A DNA stretch of 64,000 nucleotides from Octopus sinensis (taxonomy: Eukaryota): positions 88,226,001 to 88,290,000 of the forward strand of contig NC_042999.1 in NCBI RefSeq assembly GCF_006345805.1, written 5' to 3'. The position numbers and the translations under genes are program-made. Shown one piece after another: positions 52,160 to 64,000 of this stretch. A model generated the notes under the pieces. The model had not been told where the DNA came from, did no database searches, and saw only the letters and a program-made list of their open reading frames with translations. Every line of letters begins with the position of its first letter. Positions within the stretch are counted from its first letter, which is position 1.

Positions 52160-52345
52160 TCATTATCATCGTCATCCTCGTCATCATTTAATGTCTGCCT
52201 TCTATGCTGGCATGTGTTGGGCAGTTAACAGGCAAGCCAGCAGACTGTGCCAAATTCCACTGTCTGCTTTGGCATGGTTTTTACAGCTGGATGCCCTTGC
52301 TAACACCAACCACTTTACAGAGTGGACTGGGTGCTTTTAACATGG
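52160..52345 (-). mobile_element. Interspersed repeat family D, 3' part with (GAT)n tail
   Basis: Reverse complement of the 60250-60436 end (CCAACCCATGCCAGCATGGAA..GACATTAAA(TGA)n). Confidence 0.75.
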
Positions 52346-52852
52346 TATGTATGTATATGTATTTAATTTGCTTTCAGAATTATTACTCATTTGACTTTCA
52401 TTCTTCATGTCTGTTACTTGTATGATTCAAAAGTACTCAGACTCTTTACCCATGTTGCATGATTTTTTTAGCTAGACCCTGCTTACTGTGTTCTCTTTAC
52501 TGAGGTTCTGGCTGAGTTGACAGCTCGTACAGTTTGATTGCATGTCACATGATCACAACAGAGGTATCTCATAGGGATGGGGACTGAGTGAGACTCTGCT
52601 CGTGTTGCCTAGGAGAACCTGGGAATACATCAACAAATGGTGAAAGCAACAATGCACTGCAACAGTGCATTCCTTCATGCCTGACCCAATTTGACTTTCA
52701 TTATTCATACTTGTTGTTCCTTATATTTTGAAACTGTTGTCTAATTCTTATATCATACAGTTCCATGTTAGTTTGTGTTTTTTTTACCACATGTTCTACT
52801 ACTCTGGAGATGTTTTTACTGCAGCAGAGATGAGTATTTCTATTCATTTCAG

Positions 52853-52914
52853 CGATTTTCTACTTCAATCCATTTCAAATGGTGATCAAGCTCAAGCTGT
52901 GTTGTGCTTCAAGA
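52853..52914 (+). CDS. Candidate internal coding exon (unidentified gene)
   Basis: tttctattcatttcag| C DFLLQSISNGDQAQAVLCFK A |gtaatt. Phase-compatible with 50674-50738. Confidence 0.28.
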
Positions 52915-53734
52915 GTAATTTCATTTAACTGCATTTGTTGAAGCTTAGTGATGAAATTATAGTTGTAAGAGTAGTTAGCAAAAGCACGTTCTATCCCAGT
53001 GCTAAATAGATAGTTTCAAGTGTGTTTTCTTAGTTGATTAACTCAGATCAATCTTTATATAATGTACAATAATGTTGCAGGTCTCAGTAACCTAACATGT
53101 TGTTAATCATTTATCAAAGACTTTGTTCTTTAATACTTTGGATGAAGTAAGTTGGAATGTGCTGCATTCATCAGCATCATATATATATATATATGTATGT
53201 ATGTATGTGTGTATAAATCATATGCATACATTCACATATGGACAGATTTATCTGTCTATATATATAGACAGATAAATATATGCACTATATACATACATGC
53301 ATACATATGATTACATGCTATTTTTATAATATAATGTGTGTGTATGTGTGAAAAGATTTAATAAAATATCTTCATATCTGAAAATATTTGTAATGTTTTG
53401 ACATAAAACTACCTACCCAACAAAACCGCTGTCTATACACACCTAAAACCTGATGTAAACATAAAACCTACAATACTAATAGACAAAAATCATAGCTACT
53501 CAGAAGTTATATCCACATATGTATACAGAAGCTATTTTGTTCTTTTTCCTTTTTTGCATACCAAATTTATTTTCTTAAAAATTTTCTTCATTATTTTTAC
53601 TTCACTCTTTCTTCCAAGATTCATAAAACACTCTACACTTATTCTTGTCAAGTTTTGGCTTTTTCTGGAATTTAAAAGAAAATTCTGCATTTCCCATGCA
53701 TTCTGAAATGTACTTGAAATCTCTCTTCATGTAC

Positions 53735-53950
<216 letters not shown>

Positions 53951-54028
53951 TAATTCATACATGATGCACACACTCATGTATATGCATATATATATGTGTG
54001 TGTATGCATGTGAATGTGTATCTGTATT

Positions 54029-54066
<38 letters not shown>

Positions 54067-54354
54067 CTCATCCTATTTCTCTCTAAAGATATCTCCCTCT
54101 TTATCTACATTATCTACCTATCTGCAGTTTGCTTTCTAAATTACCATTTCTTTTTCTCACTTTCATTCCCTGTGCTTATCATGTTCATTTCATGCAGTTT
54201 ACAATTTTTGCTTGTTTCCTTTCTTTTTCTCTTTCCATTCATTCTGTCTTATTCATTCCTCTCACCATTCCTTTTTCCCTTTATATTTTCCCACCTCTTC
54301 TTTTCTTCACTCTGTCCCTCTTTCTCTCCCTTTCTACATGTACATCATACATAA

Positions 54355-54417
54355 TACATACATACATAATACATGCATACATACATACATACATACATAC
54401 ATACATACATACATACA

Positions 54418-54453
<36 letters not shown>

Positions 54454-54501
54454 TATATGATGATGATGCATTACATATGTGCAACCATATTTGCATAAAT
54501 A

Positions 54502-54549
<48 letters not shown>

Positions 54550-54550
54550 C
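54355..54550. repeat. (CATA)n and (TA)n microsatellites
   Basis: Seen directly. Confidence 0.95.
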
Positions 54551-55269
54551 ATACATTCATTCTCTCATATCTCTCTGTTTATCTGTGTGTCTCTATATCT
54601 TGCTTTGGATATTATATTGTTTTGCTCAAGAGCAAGCAAGTAATTGGAAAGTCTACAAGTAGTTTACTTCTTTTAGTGTGATTTATTTATTCATTTTTTT
54701 GCTCTTATTTCAATATAAATACTTTTTTTTTTGTTTGTCTCATTTGTGTTATTTTATTCATTTTTTTTTTGTAATTTAATTTTCTTCATGAATTGTTTGT
54801 TATTTTACCAGCCACCCAAATCCCCCTTCTACTACACTCTGTCAAAATATACAGAATATTTCATGCCAACAACAGCAATAACAGCAATGAAAAATAACAA
54901 CAGCAACAACAATAATAGTAACAACTACAACAACAATATCAACAATAATAGTGCTAGCAACAACATCAGTAATAATAATAAAAATATTATCAATAACAAC
55001 AACAGCAGCATCAACAATGAGAGAATTTAAAGACAAATATACTTTTAGGCCTCAACTGCCACAACTTAATACTCAATATCGTAAATATCAAATCATAGTA
55101 AAATCTAGTTTTTCATTCCTAATGACATTTCAAAAACTTTTACCTGATTCATTCCTTTTCCTTTACGTCTTTCTGAAATTCAATTTATTTTGCTTTTAGT
55201 TTCAAGGGTGACTACTTGGTTATAAACATTCTAAATGTTTATAGTGAGATTTTTACAGAAAATTACTAG

Positions 55270-55445
55270 ATATGAATGAAAAAAAAAGAAAAGAAAACAG
55301 AGACAGTGGAAGAAGAGGACGAAGAAGAAGAAGAGGAAGAAGAAGAAGAGGAAGAAGTAAAAGAGGAAGTAGAGGAAGAAGAACAAAACGAATAAGAACA
55401 ACAACAACAAAAAGAAGAAGAAAAAGAAGTACAACAACAACAAGA
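55270..55445. repeat. (GAA)n/(CAA)n low-complexity tract
   Basis: Seen directly. Confidence 0.9.
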
Positions 55446-55713
55446 AACCTGAAAGATTTCCTATACTTATCTTTGATGGAAAACAGGTTTTCAAATGTAG
55501 ACACTTTCTAAAATTTGTATTATCTAGAGTTATTTGTCACTTGTAAATTATAGAATTTAGCCATTTGAATCAAAATAAGGAAATCAGTTTAATGCATGCA
55601 TGCACACAACTGCACACATACATGTAGAACCACACAACTAGTCATACATAAATGTTTATGTGTGCATGCATGTGTTGGCATGTATGCACATATGTTCATA
55701 CTTACAACCATGC

Positions 55714-55754
<41 letters not shown>

Positions 55755-55980
55755 TGTGTGTGAGTGTGTGTAGATATGATTATATATAGATATTGATATA
55801 TATGTACATATGTGTGTGCATGTATGTATAAATATATGCGTTTATATCTGTGTAAACATATTTCTGTTTCCTATTTTAGGTATTATGCATTTAAATGATA
55901 TTGCTAGGCATACATAATACATATGTAAATGTATGCATGGTTTTATATATATATACATACAGGTATCTATCTATCTATCT

Positions 55981-56062
<82 letters not shown>

Positions 56063-57654
56063 ATACCTATATATGTGTGTGTGTGTATGTTTGCACAAAC
56101 ACACACATGCACACATTATCTTACTGGAAGCTGAAGCTTCACAAATCATTGCTTTGAGAAACTCATTACCATTTGTGAATTTTCAGGTTGCAATAGACTA
56201 TAACATATAACTCTACTTTTGGTATTGAGTACTCTGTTTTCTCTTTCTTCTTCTTCTTCTTTTTACTTATGCGTTTGCACACATAAATATGTGTACATGT
56301 GTTTAGGTGTGTATAAGTGCACAGGCATTTATGTATATGCACACACTCATGCATAAATATGCATAATTATATCTATGAATGTTTTATTACAGAAAGATAA
56401 GTACACATACTTAAATCTATACTTGTATGTAGTCATGCATATGTTTATTTATATATTTTATACATAAATAGAAGTGAGCTTTCATGTTGCATTGTATGGA
56501 TGTGTGGATGTCGGTCGATTGGCTGGTTGGCTTGTTGATTTGTTTGCTGGTAGGCTGTAGAGGTAGAAAGATGTAGTGGCTAGGTGGGAGAGTGAATGAG
56601 ATTTTTGATGAGTAAAGGAGATAGAGAGAGAGAGGAGTGGAGAAAGTGAGAAAAAGAGAGAAATGGTAAAAGGAAAAGCAGGAAAATGAAGAGATGGTGG
56701 ATAAACTATTGGATGAATATTTGAAGAGAATAAGAGGGAAGAAGAAAAAGACAAAAAAAGCAAAAAATAAATGATGAATGGAAAGAAAAGGGATTTAAAA
56801 TACAGATGGAGTGCTGGCAGAAGATGGGGTAGAAAGGATTGTATGGATGCAGTACTGAAAGCAATCCATCAATGATATGCCAAAACAATCATTGATTTCT
56901 GCTTTTGCCATATAATGTATTAATTTTATTACCTTCAAACCAGTGCTAACCAGTTCTGGTCTTTTTTTGAAGCAGCTATCATATTTGAAAATTCAAACAT
57001 GAAAAGCTGTCCCTTTTGTGTACATTCCAGAATATTCCACCAGTTTCATTCTTGTTTGCCATGAATTAACCTTGATGCATTCAATTGTTTTTGTCTTTTT
57101 GTTGTAGATTTGTGTTCTTTCCTAATTAAAATCTTATTATTGATTTTCACATTTACAAATAATCAAGATAGCTTTCCTATAATTAATGTTGTTATTCCAT
57201 TTGATAATTTGCTGACATTTTTAATGTCATTCTCTCCTCTCTTCACCAACATGGCTCAACAAAGCCAAGTTTGAAGCCACAAAGAGAAAAATCAATATAA
57301 TAATTGGAAAAGTTGTTAAAGTTTCTTTGTAAATAAAATATAAATAAATGAATAAAGCCCCAGGTTACAAATACGATTCTTTAGAGAAAGGGTGGAGTTA
57401 AACTTTAGTATATTCAGGTCAGTAGTTATATCATGGTTTCCAGTAACTCATTTCTTACCATAGTGTTATATTCTCACATTTAGACTAACAATAAACTTTT
57501 GCCTTTTCCTTGAGCTTCTGTAATATTATGGCTCTGGGTCAACAACAACATTACAGTGTGACAGTAATCTTATTGTTTGGGATTGACAATAATCCATAGT
57601 TCTCTGTTGATTGTCTTTGCATTGGCACAAGATGTATCTATGATAAATATATTT

Positions 57655-57800
57655 CTTTATTGCCCACAAGGGGCTACACATAGAGGGGACAAACAAAGAC
57701 AGACAAACAGATTAAGTCGATTACATCGACCCCAGTGCATAACTGGTACTTTATTTATCGACCCCGAAAGTATGAAAGGCAAAGTCAACCTTGGCGGAAT
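57655..57800 (-). mobile_element. SINE family A, internal part, relatively young
   Basis: High similarity to 965-1050 and 845-925. Confidence 0.85.
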
Positions 57801-59174
57801 TATAAACCAACAAAACACACCTCCACTCTACAATATTGTAACTGCTTGCAGTGGTGAACTAAGCTACTGATGTCTTGCTACAAGCAGCATCTCTATGGTT
57901 ACTTCATCTAGAAATACAAACTAAATTTCCTTTAAGTCACATGTCACCATCTAAAAACACAAGAAAGACACAATAGACATCATAACAGACAATCAGGATT
58001 AGAAAGCTAGAAATGTTTAGATCTGGAGGTAGACAACAACAACCACAACAACAAAACTTAGGAGCCAAGGAATTTTGCCACTGAGAAATCGTTGACTGGG
58101 ATTGTTAATAATTATATTTATAATTATAATTTTATTGGCAAACTGACACTCAAGATACAGCAACATCTGTGTCAAATCATGATTTCATATCAAGAATACT
58201 GAAAAACAAATAAGAAAGCGAAATAATTATAAAGCTAAATCAAAAAGGTGAAATAATGTGGAGAAAATTCAGTGCAGACAAGTCACTGTAAAGTTGTATT
58301 TAAGAGACTAAGAAAACATTGCCAAAATTCTAAGTAGTAAACCAAAACAGAGGCCTAATATAATGGCATTTCCAGGACTATATTTGTTGCTAGTCCAGTG
58401 ACTTCAATCAGTGCCTGAATTCAGGAGATATTTTGTTTAGTAACACTTTTATATCAACAGTACATTGTCTGTTGATGTGTCAAATAAAGTATCACGCTTG
58501 TCACTTGATTTAATCACCATAGTCGAATTGTTAATGGTTGACTAATTCATAGTGAAGTACTCATTGTTCTGACCAAATCAGCTTCTGTCTCAAACACAAT
58601 TACATTCTCTCATATTCAAGTGACTTGCAGGCCATCACTTTGTTTATCTAATTGATATGAAATCTACTGTAACTGTGGAAAGCATATATCTATTTTTTTT
58701 AAAATCTCCTAATGAATTCATATTGTTGCAAACAAAGAGTGTTGCAGGGAAACAAGTTGGTTTCATTACCCTTTTATTTACAATTAGTATCAAGTTATTT
58801 GGAAATAACTTGATTGAATATAACTTATTGAATATAAATATTTTTTATTGGAGACAACATTCGCAGTCAGCTAGTCAATATTTTATTTATTTTCTTTTTA
58901 TATTATAAATATTTGAATAAACTATTTTCTCCAATATAATCAATACATTTTGAAAATCTAAAGGAATTAGTGGCAGTAATCTAATGCTTTATGGCTTTAC
59001 TACACATCAAAAGAGTGCAGATGTGTCAAAATATTGTAACAACATGGTATTCAGGTTTTGAGTTCAAAACCCTCTCATGGCTTAAATATGTGTGTGTGTG
59101 TGTACGTAAGCAGATATACATACATCCTGTCTCTCCAAAGAGTTTTCTTTCTATCCAGTATTTACATGCTATAA

Positions 59175-59385
59175 GATGGCAAGCTGGCAGAATTATTATA
59201 AATCTGGGCAAAATGCTTAGCAGTATCTCATCCATCTTTGACTTCTAAGATCGAATTCTGCTGAGGTCAACTTTACTTTTCATCATTTAAGGATCAATAA
59301 CACAAGTACCAGTTGAGCACTGGGTTCGGTGTAAACAACCTAACCCTTCCCCTGATCTTGCTGGCTTTGTGCCAGAATTCAAGAT
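59175..59385 (+). mobile_element. SINE family A, CpG-decayed
   Basis: GGCAAGCTGGCAGAATT..AAAATGCTTAGCAGTAT..CTGCTGAGGTCAACTTT. Confidence 0.8.
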
Positions 59386-59954
59386 CAATATTTACCTCCT
59401 ATCATTTATAACTTTACTTTGAGTTTTACTGTTAAAAATGAATGATATATATATATATAGTGGACCCAAAAGTGGCACACGAATAAAAACATTGTTTGGG
59501 GTTGAGCAAGCTTCAACCCCCCACGCCACCACCACACACTAGCTACATTACTGGGGGTATATTGGTGTTGTGAATGCAGTACCATCTAAAATGTGGAAGA
59601 AGTATTCCATTGTGGGTTTGCCTCATACTTTGTAGGTAGTCAACAACTGATTGAGTTAAAGTATTTTGTAACTCTGAAACGAAGAATATAGTGAATAGGA
59701 TACATACTTTTCAATGTTATCACAAATGAAAGATGGTTTATTAGATCACCATTGAAGGTTTGATTTGCAAATTGTTCATGAAGAACAAGCAAGTGTAAAG
59801 ATATTTATATTTAAGTGTGACTAGTAAATGATAGTTCTATCACCTTCAAATAGAAATAGTTTGATGTCACTAAAATAAATACCTTCTAGAAACAACAGTC
59901 ATTTAGTCATTTCAAATACAGAAATATTTTTTCTTTATATTGAAAGTGAATGTT

Positions 59955-60436
59955 GAGCCTCATGGAGGCAATGACAAGTGACTCAGACCTTTGACGATAT
60001 GCTGTGCTTGAGAAGACCGATCAAGGCAAGTGAGATTGTAGTCAGGTAGATTGTAGAAATGCTAGTTTCATGTAACTGGCACATAAAAATCACTCCTCAA
60101 ATGTTGGGTGATATGCTGTGCTTGAGAAGACCTGTAAAGCTAAGTGAAATCATTGCCATGACCGATGCCAGTGCCAGTTGACTGGTATGTAAAAAGCACT
60201 GTTTGAGCACATGGCTGATGTCAGTGTCACATCAATGGCACCCATGCTGGTGCTTGTAAACACTACCCACTTCACTCTTAGAGTGGTTGGTATTAGGAAG
60301 GGCATCCAGCTGTAGAAACCATGCCAAACCAGACTGGAACCTAGCATAGCTCCCCAACTTGCCAGTTTTCAGACAAACCATCCAACCCATGCCAGCATGG
60401 AAAATGGACATTAAACGGCAACGATGATGATGATGA
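59955..60436 (+). mobile_element. Interspersed repeat family D (LINE-tail type, (GAT)n tail, internal direct repeat GATATGCTGTGCTTGAGAAGACC)
   Basis: Second copy at 52160-52345. Ends CCAACCCATGCCAGCATGGAAAATGGACATTAAAC..GATGATGATGAT. Confidence 0.7.
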
Positions 60437-61184
60437 TTGTTATCCTGTATTACTATATATCCTATATGGTGTATTCGTCATATATCAAAAGTATGAGAAT
60501 TGTAACTATAAATGTAGCATCTATTTCATGAGTCATGTGGTGTACTTAGTATACGTTCCAGCTAACAGTATTTCAATTAAGCTGATTATTTTGCTGCAAA
60601 CCAATTCTTGTAATATATTTCACACATATGCATTCAATAAGGAGAGCTTTATTATGTATTATTGTTTTCCTTTTAGGTGCTTTATTTCATTTACATGCAT
60701 ATTTAAAGATGTGTAGAAGCTTTACAAATAGAACAATTGATCTATATTATACACTGAAACATTATACATTGAACTGTATGATATATTAATGTTCTTCAGC
60801 AGAACAATGTTTTAATTCTGACAAAGTAATTTAATATAAGATACAGAGTCTACATTGTTAAAAATAACCATTTCTTAGATATATAAGACTATATTCTTAT
60901 ACTTGTGATAGTAGGGAAAATGTGGGTGTGACAGTAATTATATTCTTAATTAGTTGAACCAAGAAAATTACAGGACAAAAAGTAAAAGTGTAAAAGTATT
61001 GCTGGTGAAATTGGAATTAGAATTGAATTGTCTGCTTTTTACGTGGATTTCAGATAAAAATAATGCAGGGAAAAGCTTAAAAAGAGGACTAGTGCATGTT
61101 TGAGCAGCATGTTGGTATTATTGTTAAAGCCGAAAGGTTACTTTCTTTCCTGCATAGCACCCTTTAATGAGCATGTCTAATTTA

Positions 61185-62095
61185 TATTCTTTTATTGACC
61201 ACAAAGGCTAACATAAAAGCAACATGAAATGACAAAACAGGACGATACAAAGGGTTTTAGAACATGTAAATAAAATAACAAAGAAAAAACAAATAAAACT
61301 CCCAATAAGGGGAGGTGCTTTAAGGCTACTCGTGGAAAAGACCCAAAGTCATGGGTGCCTGACCAACAGGGCAAGAGCCCTTCTTTTATTTTTCATAAAT
61401 GTATACTCGGAATTGGTCTTTTCAGATTAGTCATTCTCCCAACATTCACTCATCTTTCAATAAACTTGCTAGAAGGTAACACTTACCTCCCCACCCTCAC
61501 TTTCCTCTTCAAGTGAAACTTGAAGAAGTTGATGAGGGCTTGGTCGAAGAGGAAAGTGTCTGACTCTAGCCCTTTCAAATGAGTCCACCATACTACCTCT
61601 TTCGTTACAGCTACCAGACAAAACAAATTGCCTGCCCCTCCCGGCCAAAGGAGGGCAGTGGGGCAAGCTGGATCCATCCTACGCATGACAGCAGGTGTTT
61701 GACATAAACCTACAAGTCAGCAATGCTCGGGCACTGGATGAGTGTGTACAGAATGGTTTCGTTGCTCTACATGCACCTTGGGCAGGCCTGGTTGATGGCA
61801 CTTCTGTGCCTGTAAAGTTTATCCCAAATGGGCAGCGCCTCTCAGTAGCACTGCCAGGCAAGGCATTTCTGAAGGTTATCCATAGGCCCAGGCCTGGAAT
61901 TTCTTTGAAAAAGACCAGTAAGTTGATCCTCGTCAACACCCAAAGTTTCCCCAAGAACGTTGTTGCACTTTTCTTCCACTAACCCTCTATAGAACGCTAG
62001 AGAGGAACTACCACTGATCACATTGCCTGCCTGGCAGAGGGCTTTGAGTACTTGATGACACTCTAGGTACTGAGCATCCCTCCTTGGTCTACACC
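61185..62095 (-). mobile_element. L1/Tx1-like LINE 3' end (ORF2 C-terminus with zf-RVT region, and 3' UTR)
   Basis: LQKCLAWQCY followed by HQACPRC..ETILYTLIQCP (CxxC..H..C knuckle) and LINFFKFHLKRKVRV, then a T-rich 3' UTR ending AATAAAAGAA. Confidence 0.8.
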
Positions 62096-62954
62096 TAATC
62101 CAAAATTGTATGCACATGTTTAATTTCAATCATGCCCAGTGACTTATGCAGCATCTGAAGAAGATAAATGTTGTGCACTCTGTGAAAAGGTTTGCAAATC
62201 AAGCTTTATATAAGATATTTATTAGAGAGGTTGGAGCTTCTATACATCAGAGACCAATGAGAGTAGCATTTCTAGAGTTTCATAGGCAAAAGTTTCAAAT
62301 CCTTTGTCTCTAGTGAGGCTGAGTTTCCATTTTCCAAAGAGGAAACATAGATCACAATAAACTACCACATCATTTGTATTATATTATTTATGAGCCAACA
62401 AGATGCTATTGCCAATTGGACTGTTACTAGACAACTTAAAGTAAATCCTAGTCTTTCTTCCCATGTGGATAAACTCAAATATTTGCCTGCCTAAATATCA
62501 ACTCAGCTATAGATGGGAGAATGTGAAAGGAAAGTAACTGAACATTTTTAACCCTGGCCCAAATATTCTACCTGTTCTATATTCAAACTGACCAAATCTG
62601 ACCTCTCACACCAACCTAACAATGGCATTCTAAAAACAAACAATCACAAAACTATGAGATAATGAATGATTAATTCAAAACAATGGGAATAAATAAGAAT
62701 CATATATAACAGAGTAATCTGAAAATCTGCAAATGGGTTAAATTCTGAAAGACAATCTATATTTCCCTTAATACGAGTGCTTCAACTGCCTCCCATTATC
62801 TACCATACTTTATTTTACAGGGAGCAAATATAGGAATTGTTGTACTTCGGGATGGGGCATGGTCATGTTTTTTCTTTTTTTTTCCATAAAGACATGCACT
62901 ATATATTCGTTCTTCACTCATTTATTACTGTTCTTATTTTAACTCATGTCCATT

Positions 62955-63140
62955 GTCCGGAAATCTTTCTTCACACATCTGTAACCTCTTCAGCAACACT
63001 TTCTGTCCTCATGTGTGCTCCTGCTCTGCTTAATCCCTGAAGAGGTCACAGATGTGTGATGAAAGATTTGGACTAAGCAGAGCAGGAGCACACATGAGGA
63101 CAGAAGGTGTTGCTGAAGAGGTTACAGAAGTGTAATAAAA
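62955..63140. ncRNA. Cluster of three hammerhead-like units (one minus-strand, two plus-strand) forming a 64-bp inverted repeat; probably PLE pLTR-derived
   Basis: Arms 62973-63036 and 63070-63133 (61/64 complementary) enclose CTGAAGA G GTCACA gatg TGTGAT GAAA GATTT. Related cores on the minus strand at 62993-62960 and the plus strand at 63113-63140. Confidence 0.65.
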
Positions 63141-64000
63141 TATTTGACAAATAAAAATAATAATAAAGACCATTTTGAAGTACAACAATATATGTTGCAA
63201 CACAAGATTTCACATCAGGAATCTTGCTACAAAATTCATAAACATAGGCAGTTTCTTATATAATTTCCTTCATAAGGAGAGTTAGAATCTAAAGAAATTG
63301 TAAACATTTATGTTTTAATGAAACTAAAAATTTCAATTTCATTGTAAAATGCAACATTTTTAAGCTTTCACTTCTTACCCTGTAATTTTCCAGATTCACT
63401 TAAGAATATTTTCACTCTTGTGCCTGTATTTTTCCTGTTAGTCCACTTTTTTAATTACAGAATAGAATACTTTACACAGTCTAAACATAATTGTCATTGA
63501 GACAAAACTCAAAAAGTATTAAGGATAAAATAATTTACTCTTTTGCAAAATGTTTAAAGTAGAGTGAAAATGTAAATTTTATAAATTGGTAAATTATTTA
63601 AAAATACTAATTAGGAACTAAAGACAAAAGAAAATATGTCAATAAAGTAGAAGCAGATTAATTTAAATGGCACCAGGCAGAAAATGGTACAGAAATTATG
63701 AGTTGAACAGTTTGAGGTAAAAATGGTTTGATCATGTTCACCTTTTTAAGAAGCACCAGTGGTGACACTCCTTATCACCATGGTGTTAAACAAGGAATGT
63801 TTGAATATTTCAATTAATTATAGTCATATAAAGATACTTTGGAGGTGAGACTCATAAAATCCATTATTAAAACATGATTCTGAAAAAATTTTTGAAAAAC
63901 AAATGTAAAAATCCCCAAAATAAACAGGTAAGTTGCATATTTGCCATATCTGTCTAAATTTCAACCCCTTTTTAACTGTTTATTGTCACTGATTACTGGT

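Noticed and set aside
55272-55511. Arg-rich protamine-like ORF
   Set aside because: It is a translation of a (GAA)n/(CAA)n tract.
59498-59520. GGGGTTGA-GCAAGCT-TCAACCCC hairpin as a terminator or Helitron end
   Set aside because: The downstream CTAG is about 18 nt away and not followed by T; there is no U-tract and no other element features.
62140-62189. Possible exon TYAASEEDKCCALCEK (VWC-like CCxxC)
   Set aside because: Weak acceptor and GTTT donor, too short to assign, and no second cysteine-rich exon found.

Overview
AT-rich, microsatellite-dense animal genomic DNA, mostly intergenic or intronic. The SINE families and (CA)n/(TA)n/(TATG)n/(ATT)n load resemble an Octopus (coleoid cephalopod) genome; this is recognition from memory, not a database result. 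No host protein-coding gene can be named, and most ORFs in the supplied track are microsatellite read-throughs or decayed transposon fragments. Supported content: two decayed mariner transposases and a mariner MITE, a fossil hAT, RTE-clade LINEs (a 2.2-kb BovB-like copy, an older relative, an RTEX-like 3' end and a non-autonomous derivative), four R4/Dong-like LINE fragments, an L1/Tx1-like 3' end, a Penelope-type repeat, many tRNA-derived SINEs and a near-perfect 970-bp tandem duplication. The most interesting signals are RNA-level. (i) At 62955-63140, three hammerhead-ribozyme-like units lie in a tandem-plus-inverted arrangement that places one core at the tip of a 64-bp hairpin. (ii) At 12804-12881, a complete HDV-like ribozyme fold starts a non-coding RTE derivative that shares its 3' hairpin with the autonomous RTE. 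(iii) At 3083-3130 there is a minimal Penelope-type hammerhead. There is also a CpG-rich promoter-like island at about 41.5-42.1 kb, next to a switch to CpG-depleted sequence from about 46 kb onward that contains three phase-compatible candidate exons. All structures were folded by eye and are untested.
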